Below are positions 52,240 through 64,000 of a stretch of 64,000 bases of DNA, piece after piece. This DNA is from Octopus sinensis. Its lineage: Eukaryota. The stretch's first letter is position 1, and each line of letters starts with the position of its first letter. A program made the position numbers and the translations under genes. Location: assembly GCF_006345805.1 (NCBI RefSeq), contig NC_043018.1, forward strand, positions 62,001 through 126,000. The letters run 5' to 3'. Under the pieces are notes generated by a model. It saw only the letters and a list, made by a program, of their open reading frames with translations, was not told where the DNA came from and did not search any database.

Positions 52240-52442
52240 TGGCGGTGAGTTGGCAGAATCGTTAGCATGCGAAATGCTTACTGGTATTTCGTCTGCGCTA
52301 CGTTCTGAGTTCAAATTCCACCGAGGTCAACTTTGAATTTTATTATTTCGGGGTCGATAAATTAAGTCCCAGTGAAATGTTGAAATCGATGTAACCGACT
52401 AATCCGAAAATTTGAGACCTTTTGTCTATAGGAGAAAGATTT
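52240..52442 (+). mobile_element. Older SINE D-related copy
   Basis: ggcggtgagttggcagaa...gagttcaaattcc.ccgaggtc...cggggtcgataaattaagt. Confidence 0.75.
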
Positions 52443-52489
52443 CTTCAAAGCTGAGTACGAAGGATGCAATGTCAGAGCTAAGGCATGTA

Positions 52490-52965
52490 GTGTAAAAAAC
52501 GAGGGAACGCATGCCATTGGATAGGCCTGAGTGGCACAGCTGCAACTTGGAAACAAAATCATGCTTTGGTCTTTGGCAGACGGGTGCACGGTATCAAAGA
52601 CCACGATGTGTTCGGCATATCACCAGCACTTCTTCAACTTATGGGGTCAAGAGGCAGTCAGGAACGCAGGATGGACTCCAGTGCCGACCTTAACGGCACG
52701 CCAGAACTTTCGGTAATGGGGACGGAGTGTTACGGAATGACGATGACAACCGCGGAAATACGAGGTGACATGGTAAGTTGTACGGGAGGCAAATCGCTTC
52801 ATGGTAGACCAAGAAGAAAATGGTTAGACAATATCCATTGCCTTAGTTGATCACACTTGGAACTCTAACCGGAAAATCAGATGAGAATTGCCTTTTGATG
52901 ACAATTGAATGACGTTTCTGAGAAATGTTCTTTCACGACCCTCATAGGAACAGTGGGCAGATGAG
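52490..52965 (+). mobile_element. Decayed RTE-like LINE 3' fragment
   Basis: HGRPRRKWLDNIH motif; resembles 13800-13960. Confidence 0.55.
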
Positions 52966-53965
52966 ATACATAAATTAACTGCCTTCCATCATCCAGCCAA
53001 TGTCTAATCACAATCTAGGACATTAAACAAAAGCATTCACTTACTGGAAAGTGTGATATATTTTAGTTATGAAACTAGTGTTATTCCACGAAACCTCTTG
53101 CCATCCCCCACAACAGAATAAGTCTTCATTTATAAATCACGTATTCCATTTAGAATGTCTTCGTTTTTTTAGAATTTTATTTTGTATTTTCTTAGAAAAT
53201 ATCTGTGCTAACAAGAAATTACAAGAAACTAAGTAAATAATAAACACGTTTATTTGCTTGCAGTTATTTTTTATGATATTTTTGAAACTCTTTTTCTCCA
53301 ACAAGTGCACACATTCTCCCTTTTACTGCTTCCACTTTGTTTTGTTCTTATTTCTATAGAAAGATTCACCAAATTAATCGCAGCTATATTTGTATTACTT
53401 CTTGTCAGTTCTAAATGTTTATTTGCTACATCTTACACAAGTACACACAGTTGATGTTACCAATATCAAACATAACACAGAAATGGGGATGATAAAATTT
53501 CAATGACAAAAAATATATTAGCTGTTTTGGTTTCATTAGAATACATCGCGAAATAAAATAAAATAAAAGATTTGATCACTTTTTTGTATATGTTGCAATG
53601 AAAATAATTAATCTGATAATTTTTTTAAAGCAAAATTGGTTGAGCTTTGGATTAAATGTATCTGTATTTTCATGACCTGATCATCTGTTAAAATCTAACC
53701 CAGATCAAATAAGATTTTCTATTCCCAGGGTCAATAAAATCACTCCTCATAACTGACCAACATCTAGCCCAGTAATTACTGACGGGTGGTTGAGTAAAAG
53801 GTAAACAGCGTTTTTGACCAAGAAGAATTTGCACCGGGTTTTTGCAGAGTTTTGAATTCGTTTTAAGAATTCTTTTGCAATTGTATGTTAATACAGACGT
53901 AGACTTGCCCAAATGCATAATGAATTAACATTGATATTTTTTCACCGTTCTTACATTCATCTGAA

Positions 53966-54870
53966 ATGAAACTGTTAAAGCTCGAGCAATTTTGCCATTC
54001 AACTTCAAAAAAGGATGTAAAACAGCTGAAACTGCTTGCAATATCAATGAAACGTTTAGTGAGGAAATGACCAGAGAGTGGTCAGCTCGAAAATGGTTTA
54101 AACGATTTCGCAGTGGAGACCTGAGCCTTCAAGGTCGTGAAAGTAGTGGACGCTCATCTGTCATTGATGACGGTCAATTAAAGACCGTCATTGAGAAAGA
54201 TCCACGTAAAAATACTCGAGAACTGGCAAAAGAACTTCAGGTTAGCTAGGAAACCTCCAGCAACCATTTGCATCTCATTGGAAAATCAAAAAAAGCTCAA
54301 TTAATGGGTACCTCACGATTTGAATGAAAATCAGAAAATATGCAGGTCTGAAATTTACTCGTTGCTTCTTCTCCGTAACCAGGCCGATCTATTTCTCAAT
54401 TGTATTGTAACTAGCGATGAAAAGTGGATTCTGCAAACAATATGAAACATTCTAGGCAGTGGTTGAACCAAAATGAAGCACCGAAAACCTTCCTTAAACC
54501 TGAGCTCTTCAAAATGAAGGTTCTGGTGACTCTTTGATGGTTTACCGCTGGACTCATCCACTATAACGTCTTAAAACCCGGAAAAAAACCATTACTGCAG
54601 AAATATATTGTCATTAAATTGCCAAAATGAACAAAAAACTGCAATTCCTCCGTCCCAGGCTGTTCAACAGAAGAGGGTCATCCATTCTTCATGACAATGC
54701 TCGACCACACGTTTCACTAACGACGCTACCGAAGTTAAGGGAACTTGGCTACGAATTTCTTCCCCACCCAGGTTATTCCCCTGACCTTTCATCTACCGAC
54801 TACCACTTTTTCAAGCACTTTGATGGTCTCTTACGAGAGAGGGAAAATAAATCAAACCGATGCTGAAAGT
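53966..54870 (+). pseudogene. Decayed mariner (Hsmar1/cecropia-like) transposase
   Basis: FKKGCKTAETACNINETF..KWFKRFRSGD, WVPH, IVTSDEKWI, LHDNARPH, HPGYSPDLSSTDYHFF; stops and frameshifts. Confidence 0.93.
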
Positions 54871-56661
54871 GCTTCGTATTATTTCCTCCAATTCTTAGCT
54901 TCAAATCCCGCCAAAGTTAACTTTGCCTATGACCCATCCAAGTTCGATAAGGAAACGTATACTGTAAAACAATAAGGATCTTAATCTGCCCCCAACATGT
55001 TTTCTCACCTCCATTTTGCTGACTTCCGAAGACAAAACTCATGCAGATGTCGATTAGATTCAACCTTGGATCGAGGAAAGGTATAGATAACAACAAGCTC
55101 ATTATTCCTCACTACCCTAACAATTCTGACGTTTATAATGTTAATGATAATAATTTTCGCTTTTTAGCACAAGGTCAACAATTTTTAGAGGAGCGTTGAG
55201 TCGGCAACATCGTTGCCTGTGCATTGTGGGTATTTTATTTAAATGACCTCGGAAGAATAGATGGTCAGGTTGACTTAGTCATGGTTTGAAATCACAACAT
55301 AAAGAGCCTTAGAGGATCTGCCAATGGGCGCAGAATAACTTTGACCATGGTGGACAGTGACGGTGCTGGATTTAATTATCTCTAGGAGTTGATTAGAGAA
55401 AGCAAATTAAGTTAAAACAGTTGATTCTTGGATGATACATTTTCAAGACGCTCATGTATTGGACCACGGATTCGCCAAATATTGAAATTGTAGTTTTAAA
55501 AATCAGCAGGATAAATTTAAGAACCACTGCTCTGTACAGTTTGCTGACCTACTAAACATAGAGATGAGATCTTAGAAAAAGGATGAAATATCGTGGAATA
55601 TATCTCCTCGTTCACAAACAGATGACATTGGCACACATGAAACGGCGTGTTATCTACTATCGACTATTATCTTATCCAGGTTGATTTGTAACTCACGTAA
55701 TTTTAAAACTACCGAATTGGTATATAACCCATAGAATTTGAATGTCAACTGCATTAGATTTTAATCACAGGTAAATGCTTTCCTGTTCGATTTGCAATGT
55801 GCAGCAGATTGGTTAGATGTTCGACTTTAATCCCTGGCTCAAGCTGAGTGAAGTTTCTAGATATAGAAAATCTATGGAGGCCCGGGCGGGAATACATTCT
55901 TGTTATTAGAAGACAGAATTACAACATCACGTACTTTAATACGAAGATGTGTTTTTTTTTTTCTTTTTTTTCATTTTCACTGAGAAGAACTCTCTTGCAA
56001 ACAACTGTGTCATACATTCGACCTGATTCTATCTTTCTTCACGCTTCTTCATACCATTTCCATAAGCTCAATATAAGACATAACAAATATACCTATCACA
56101 CCCACTTCACTTATTCGTGACTGGAAAGTATGATTGCATTATTTTCGCGAAATTACTCTGACTTAGAAAAAAAAAACTCTCATCATTCGCCCACAATACA
56201 GTAATAATGCTTTCTTTTTAAATCACGTATTTTAATCAGAATTCCTTAGCTTTAAGAAGAAACCGCAAAAACGCAGGCAATCGAAACACATGTGTGTTTG
56301 TTGCTATTTCTCTTTTGATAATTTTTGTATCTCTAAGTCAAACTTTCTCTCTATCATTTTATTTTCCATACAAAGCGTTTCACGAAATTCATCTCTGGTA
56401 TTTATATAATGATATTTATTGTTTGATTTCAATGTTTATTAGTCACATCTTACACTAGTGCTTTTGGCTGCTATCATAAATACCAAACGAAAACAACACA
56501 AAATGAACGGAATAAGAAATCGTAGAATTTCAAAATAATATTAACTACGTTGTTTTTCTATGGTTTGCATACACAAATCCACACACAAACACATATGTAT
56601 GTGTGTGTATATTTACAGGTGTGTTTGTGTGGCTGTGTGTATACACATATATATATATAAA

Positions 56662-57038
56662 CTAGCAGTATCGCCCGGCGTTGCTCGGGTTTGTAAGGGA
56701 AATAACTATATAAGCATTTTTAGAGATGTAAAGTATAATAGCCATCTCAATATGGCTAACCACAAAGGGGGGGTGTTACTGTAGCTTTTTACGTTCTGAG
56801 ATTTAATGATAATTCTTTAGAGAGTTACTTCCCTTATATATGTCAAAAATGCATTAAAAATGGGAAAATTTTTTTTTAAATCGTAGACTCATCGTAGACG
56901 CGCGCTAATACCCAGAAGGGCTCGATATGAATCACGACTATAAGATTTTGGTTAAACTGCACCGCAAAATATGGGAGTAGTTAGGAATCTAAATCGTAGG
57001 AGACAGACAGCACACAACCTCACTTTTATATATAAAGA
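56662..57038 (-). mobile_element. Non-autonomous Helitron, complete
   Basis: Minus strand begins A|TC tttatatataaaagtgagg, ends with hairpin cccgagcaacgccggg and CTAG|T; no TSD. Confidence 0.85.
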
Positions 57039-57072
57039 TATGCATATATATATATATTAACGACAATAGCAA

Positions 57073-57143
<71 letters not shown>

Positions 57144-57162
57144 ATTACTATTATTCTTTTAT

Positions 57163-57686
57163 TGAAAAAATACGAAGTCCAGTATAGCCATCATGACTAC
57201 TCGTCTCTTAAGGGCACACTAGGCACATGCATCACAAGAGTATGTGCACGGCATGGTGATCTGATATCAAGATAAACAGCGCATGTTTATCTTGATATAA
57301 GATCACCAGGTGGGGGCCCAGCCAGAATTTTCTTCGGGTCGAGTAGCCCATCTCGCTCAAAAGGTCTCTGAATAAAGGTTGTTTAAGGATGTTTAACGGA
57401 ACACCCATATTTCCAAGGGTGAATTATCCAAACCCCAAACAGTTCCTCTCAACACATGGCTATGATACTCCCTAACTACTTCTACTCGTGATTAGAGATG
57501 CACATATCATCAACTACCATGCCCAACTGGTTATGGTCAAACAACTGACAAGCACATCTTTGGTATAGAGCAGAATATTTGCTATACTCCATCTTTTATA
57601 TCAAGACCATACAATCAGCATGATAACCCTTCCAATCAGTTAAGATGAGAAGCCATGAGAGCCACAGCCTTGTACTGAATCAGGGC

Positions 57687-57688
<2 letters not shown>
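57163..57688 (-). mobile_element. Family A retroposon, diverged
   Basis: Matches 4620-5178; between (TAG)n and (TTA)n. Confidence 0.85.
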
Positions 57689-57750
<62 letters not shown>

Positions 57751-57769
57751 TATTATTATTATTATTATC

Positions 57770-59362
57770 TGTACCAACATTACCTGCAAGTATGCAGTCT
57801 TTTGGCCTCAGCGAAGCAAATTTTGAGAAACTAATTTTGATTTCAGAATTTTTTCATTTAAATAATTAGCGGGCTTCCTTTAAGTTACAAAGTATGAGGT
57901 AGTTTTGCTCATGATCTCTTTTGCCATTTTATTTTTTACTGATTTGTAATCCTTTTTACCTGGCATAATTCTGCTTATTTCAATTTTTAAAACTGAGAAA
58001 CACAATCTTTCTCATTGACCAGCCTTTTAGCATGTCTAGTCATGTAATCAGGAACACCGAACTCTTTTTGGATTTTTCTCAGAGACCAGCTTTTTGGCAG
58101 AAGTGTTAAAATTTGCAGTATTTCTAATCTTTCTTTTCTCTGTTGTAGTGAATTTTTCTTTTAACTGTTTGATTATTTCACTTTTAAGTTCTTTTGATGA
58201 TTCACCGACTTCACTTCGAGGCAAAATGATTTGCTTCTTTTGAGCAAAAGTATTTTCGATTTATTTTCTCTTTTACTCAACATACATGACGGTAGTATCT
58301 ATCTTTTTTTTTATTGGAGATTCTCCAATTTCCGACAGAGCGTTGTTGAAGATTTTTAATTCCGCATTTTCCTTTACAAAGACATCTTTCAATGATGAAG
58401 TCACTTCAGTAGTAGTTGAGGTATCATCTATCGTATCTTCTGATGATCGTTCATTTTGAAATGTGGGCAAATATTTTCTGCAAGAATGACGTATATTTTG
58501 TCCAGGAATTAGGCTTGTTTTAGAATATTTTGTGGCAAAATCTGTTGTTATTGTTCTTAAACACTTTTTCACAAGTTATTTGTGATTCTGAAATGGGTCG
58601 CAACACTTTTCTTGAACCCCTTCACCAGTATCAGAGAATATGAGAGTACGGGAGTATGAGGAGATGGAGAAAGGGCACGCAGTTTAGGGGAGCGTAAAGA
58701 TGATATCTGGCGAGATCTCAAAGACGTTTAAGGCTCGTCAGTGCTCTACCAACATGCTGAAGCAAAACATAGAGGTTCAGTTAATAGCATTGAGGTTAAG
58801 GTGTTATCAACGCATAGAACTAACACGGCACTTAGACAGTTCACAAAGGTGACATACATAACAAGAGACACACCGATCCTCAACAGAAAACATGAATGGA
58901 AAAATAACACCCACCACCACACCACACAACATGACGACTTTATGGGGCGGGGTTTGAAAATCTTATCGAACATTTTAGAGTTACTATCAAGCTTGAAGTA
59001 ATCCAAGAAACACCTTTATTGAATACAGCTCATTCTCTAGGGTAAGTATTTTCTCTCGAAGACACACTAGAAAGCCTTATTTGAAACCTTTGGTAATTTA
59101 TTTCTGCTTGCTTTCAAATAAAGAAAAGGCGGTGTTCTTGTTTCAGAATTTTCTGCTTTGAAGTGCAACCTAATTTAAATATGTACTTTGTTCAGTCCCT
59201 ACATCAGAGTTACATGAAGTATGACTCTGCTTGTAAAAACATTGAAATATTTTTAAAATTTGTCTTAAACATACATAATGAAGGAAAAAATCGAAATATT
59301 AATTATGCAAATCAAAATTTACCTAAGATGTTTAGAAGGTTGGCTGGGTCCTCTATGGGCTC
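57770..59362 (-). mobile_element. Decayed DNA transposon, tentatively Sola2-like transposase (coding remnant ~57770-58620)
   Basis: CCDPFQNH..KCLRTI..LIPGQ; IKQLKEKF; LQILTLLPKSWSLRKIQKEF; LILCNLKEA; KISFSKFASLRPKDC across frameshifts; superfamily and outer boundary tentative. Confidence 0.55.
58630..59060 (+). mobile_element. Penelope-like GIY-YIG C-terminal fragment nested in the DNA transposon
   Basis: LYQHAEAKH...IEVKVLSTH...RQFTKVTYI..DTPILNRKHEW resembles PLE endonuclease ends. Confidence 0.6.
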
Positions 59363-60267
59363 AGATCAACTGAGGAATTAGCCTAGTATTATTGGCAAAT
59401 AATTTCAATCACGGGTTCCTAAGTAACATTATTAAGTGATTGATTCATTCCTGTAGTTGTATATATTTAGGATGTTACTGTGGCTTTTTCTTTTATTTTA
59501 ATCATATTATTTCTAAGTACGAAAATTTTTGATTGCTTGCTTTCTTTCTTTCTTACAATTTTCACTTTTGAAGCAGCAATCTTAGAATTTAGAATATTCT
59601 CCCATATTCTTCACTTTATACGTTGTGATTTTTCTTTTGGTATCACAGTTGTGATTACATAATATATATTTAGTAGTTTTTTTTTACGGTTTTTCCTTTT
59701 TAAGAAAAATTCAACATCACTTACTGATTTTTAAAAAAATATTTCTCCGTGTTGGATTTACCTATATTGCTATAAGAACTCTGTTTTTGTACTTTTTATT
59801 AATCTAGCTTTCCTCTTTTTTTTTTAATATTTCCAGTAGAGATTTTTCATTACACAGTTGTAGGTACACGATTATCTCCATTTTAAAAAATTAAATTTTC
59901 TTACGATATTCTTTCGGTTGAGATAACAATGAAGCATCAATTTCCCACTTTTCAAAATCTTCCCTCTGTTCATTTTCATCAACCAATTTAAATGCGCAAT
60001 ACGCACACACACACTCACATACACACGCACACAAACATACATATATGTACATGTGTATATATGTATATATGTATATATATATATATATATATATGTGGGT
60101 ATATACATATATATATATACATATTATATATATATTATATATAGATATATACATTACATATATATATATATTATATATATATTATATATACATATATATT
60201 ATATATACATATATATATTATATATATTATATATATATACATATATATATACATACATATATATATA

Positions 60268-60332
<65 letters not shown>

Positions 60333-60600
60333 AACATATATGGAAAACAAACTTAGAAGTACCGAGTGAGTTTATATTCTACTGAAAATATAGACGGAAA
60401 AATTCGTTACCAAGCCTCTACAGAGCATCGAATCCTGTGCATTTCAATTTCAGGAATTGAGAGGTAGAAGATTCAATTCTCTGCAAAAGCTTGTTGGACA
60501 ATTGTTTTCTGTTTTCACAGACATTCTGCGTTCATGAATTTGTTTATTTTCTGTAGAATTCATACCCAAACACACACACAAACACACACAAACACACACA

Positions 60601-60656
<56 letters not shown>

Positions 60657-60852
60657 AACTTAATTTCTCTTGCGGTCTCCGAGTGAGACGTGAAGTCAAC
60701 TTGTACAAATACATAGCAAAAGTGAAACATATAATAATAATAACAATAACAACAACAACAACAACAACAACACCAACAACAACAACAACAACAATAATAA
60801 TAATAGTAATAATAATAATAATAATAATTATAATAATAATAATGATAACTTT

Positions 60853-60996
60853 ATATGAGATCACCATGTCGCGCACATTTGGTTGTGATCCATGTGCCTG
60901 GTGTACTCTTATCAGACGGGTAGTCATGATGGGTATATTGGCCTTCGTATAGTTTACCCCAGTGTCACTTTGATGGCATGCACTGCTCTCTCACTC
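60853..60996 (+). mobile_element. Family A retroposon, short 3' fragment
   Basis: Ends ctctctcactc(aat)n; preceded by (TAA)n. Confidence 0.85.
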
Positions 60997-61005
60997 AATA
61001 ATAAT

Positions 61006-61200
61006 AAAAAGAAGAAGAAGAAGAAGAAGAAGAAGAAGAAGAAGAAGAAGGAGAAGAAGAAGAAGAAGAAGAAGAAGAAGAAGAAGAAGAAGAAGAAGAA
61101 GAAGAAGAAGAAGAAGAAAGAAGAAGAAGAAGAAGAAGAAGAAGAAGAAGAAGAAGAAGAAGAAGAAGAAGAAAACGAAGAAGAAGAAGAAGAAGAAAGA
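61006..61200. repeat. (GAA)n microsatellite
   Basis: Direct run. Confidence 0.95.
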
Positions 61201-61934
61201 TAAGGTTATCATCATCCTCATCACCCTTGTCTTCCACGAAGGAGGAAAGGAAAGATTCTATAGATATTGAGGCTGGAAGTAGACGGATGGTGTTATTGTT
61301 AATTGTGTTTAAATATAGAAATGGATTTTCAAATTAGTAAATGAGGGAGAAGAGGTTAGTTTCGAATATTTTCGGAATGTATTTTATTTCTACTTGAAAC
61401 CAGTGAAGCCTGAAAGTGAACAAAGTTAAAAGAAGAATAAAGTACTGTGTCTTATGTCGAAAGGTCATGTGAAGTTAGATCTGAAAAGAAATAAAAGCTG
61501 TTATTTTTAGCTTTAGCAAATATGAGTGGATCATAATATTAGTTTCAAATTTTGGCTCAATGCCAGCACTTTCGAGGGAGAAGGTAAGTCATTTATATTG
61601 ACCCCAGTGTCCAACTGGTACTTATTTAATCCACCCTGAAAAGATGAAAGGAAAAGTAGGGGATCGTTGTGGTTTGTGGTTTTCGTCAATGTTTACAATT
61701 GTCTTTAAAAACGTTTTAAGGTATCATATAGATGTACGTTTTGACGCTGAATCCGAATTTGTTAATTTATTCCAGAAAATTTTTCAAAAATGTTACAGGT
61801 GTTCAAATTTTGATAATTTTCAGAATTTTCAGCGAATCAGAAAACAGCGCGTTCGCTGCCTCTTCTATCATCGGTGTGAGGGGGTTGCATCGGCAGGTTA
61901 AAACATTAGACTAAAATTATTGAGCCTGATTTTG

Positions 61935-62185
61935 GATTTGGTATGCAAGATTCTTTATTTGAGTTCGTGTGTTGAAACATATTCATTTGTGCCTTATAAT
62001 TTAACACACACACTGGTAAAATTTCCACTTATTTCTTATTTTTGTTTTCCTAAAATTTACGTTGCGTCTTGCAACCTAAGACTATTGAAAAGATTGCAAG
62101 ACGCAACGAAAATTTTTGGACAATTAAAATAAGAAATAAGTGGAAATTTCACCGGTGAGTATGTTACATTATAAGGCACAAAAAG
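61935..62185. mobile_element. Fold-back element (~50-nt leader plus ~200-bp hairpin)
   Basis: Arms tttgtgccttataat...gttgcgtcttgcaa / ttgcaagacgcaac...attataaggcacaaa; leader shared with 3878 and 23755. Confidence 0.7.
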
Positions 62186-62454
62186 AAAATGACTCTCCCC
62201 AGACACAACAGAATATTGAGTGTGAGTTCCATCTGTTATGAAAACAAAGAATTATAGAACAAGTTTTGGTTACACTCCTAGTGAGCATGCGTAGCATTTT
62301 AGATTATTATGGAAACAGAATTCTTCGCAACCAGCTATGGAACACGTGGTGCTTATTTTGCTTACTATAAAAAAAGAATTCTTCGTCACGGTGATATATC
62401 TAAAATACTCGCTTCTGATTGGATAAAATACCCAAATTTTGCAACTTTAAAGGC

Positions 62455-62586
62455 TTTACTCTTTTACCCTTTTGCTTCTTTCAGTCATTTGACTGTGGCC
62501 ATGCTGAAGCACCGACTTTAGTCGAGCAAATCAACCCCAGGACTTATTCTTTGTAAACCTAGTACTTATTCTATCGGTCTCTTTTG
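62455..62586 (-). mobile_element. SINE family C, 3' fragment
   Basis: Tail motif match. Confidence 0.8.
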
Positions 62587-63284
62587 AAGGAAGGAAATGT
62601 AGGACAAAAACTGAACCCTGAAGAACACCGAAAGTGATAAAAGGTAGGGTTACGAGAGCTCACATAAGACACCCGATAGTAATGCTATCTTGTGGGGCAA
62701 TTCTGATCCAAGAAGTAAATGACGATGAAGATAGATCAAACACAGGGGTATTCGGTACGAGTTGTAGTCTTGTCCATGGAAATATTACAATTACAACATT
62801 TCATCACTTGTTCTCTAGTGACTTGATTTAACAAAACTGCACAAGTACTCATTAATGAGAAACAAAATCAAAGCATTGAAGCACAACATAATAAATGGCT
62901 GTCTCCATTATCTTAGGTATATTGGATTCAACTTTTGGCACAAGGCCAGCTGTTTCCAAGTAGAGGTAAATCGATTACATCGATCCAAGTGGTACTTGTT
63001 TTATCAATCAAGGACTTATTTTATTTGCCCCGAAGAACGAAAGGTAGAGTCGACCCCGTTGCCATTTAAACTGAGAATGGAGAGACGGACGAAATGTATA
63101 TATATGAATATATATGTATTCATATATGTATATGTGTATATATATATATATATGTATGTATATGTGTATATGAATATATATATGTGTGTGTATATGTGTC
63201 TGTATTTATACACACATACACAAAATCGCATAAAGGTATATATAAAAATATATACATACATATATACATACAAACAAATATATA

Positions 63285-63343
<59 letters not shown>

Positions 63344-64000
63344 CAAAACATTCATATGCATACATAGACACGCAATTTTCAACGGTTCGGCTAATTCAAC
63401 TTCGAATGAATACATATGAACATTAAATATATTTTCTAACTAATAGATCAATCCATAGAACAAGAGAGGAAGAAATATATCAAAACAAACAGATACAGTT
63501 CAGACAACAAACTTATTCAGACAGAGAAAGCATACACGAATCGTACTGTATGAATCGGATGCTTATTAAGTATATAACAGATTAACGCATTTTCAAAATA
63601 ATAGTCTCCTAAAATAGAACACAATCTGCGTTACCCCAAGCCATAAATTAACAGTAATAATATACTACAAATACTATTAAATTAGAAACATATATATCAA
63701 TAACAAACGACAAGTATGTAAACGCGTCAACTGATTACTAATAAAGGAGGCACAATCTCGATTGTAAGCACGAAGAATCTAGAGTTTATAAATGCATCTT
63801 CTATATTTACCATTCAAGTACACCGTTCTGAAATGTCACACAGTGGACTTACAATGAATTGTAATTGCTGTGTACGATGCAACACCCTCAAAGGAAACTA
63901 CTGCCTCCTCCAGAAAGTTGTAAGTGATTTTGAAGGATGGAAATAAAAGAAATTTATTTACATTACCATAATTTTTTACTTATCAAAATTAAGTCATTAT

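Noticed and set aside
53966-54870. Functional SETMAR or active transposase
   Set aside because: Multiple stops and frameshifts, no SET domain, no clear TIRs
58985-59040. Hammerhead expected downstream of the PLE fragment
   Set aside because: Only TTGAAGT and GAATACAGCT remnants; too degenerate to call

Overview
AT-rich, microsatellite-saturated, non-genic eukaryotic DNA. Its repeat families look like those of an octopus (coleoid cephalopod); this is recognition, not a search result. I can support no host protein-coding exon, and almost all listed ORFs are translations of (TA)n, (CA)n, (ATCT)n, (TAA)n, (GAT)n or (GAA)n tracts. The window is a mosaic of retroposons and DNA elements. There are four tRNA-headed SINE families and a ~560-bp element confined to (TAA)n. 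LINE remnants include R4/Dong RLE-type, CR1-like and RTE 3' ends. Also present are Penelope-like (PLE) RT/GIY-YIG remnants, non-autonomous Helitrons, a decayed mariner transposase, a decayed Sola2-like transposase and one 100-N gap. The most interesting signal is a set of short non-coding inserts in (TA)n tracts with the architecture (TA)n - fold-back hairpin - unpaired tail - (TA)n. Some of these, and some related (TA)n inserts, carry type I hammerhead ribozyme motifs (about 7 intact or degenerate cores). I read this as a non-autonomous Penelope/retrozyme-like system. SINE-LINE 3'-tail sharing and a 78-bp target duplication are also directly visible.
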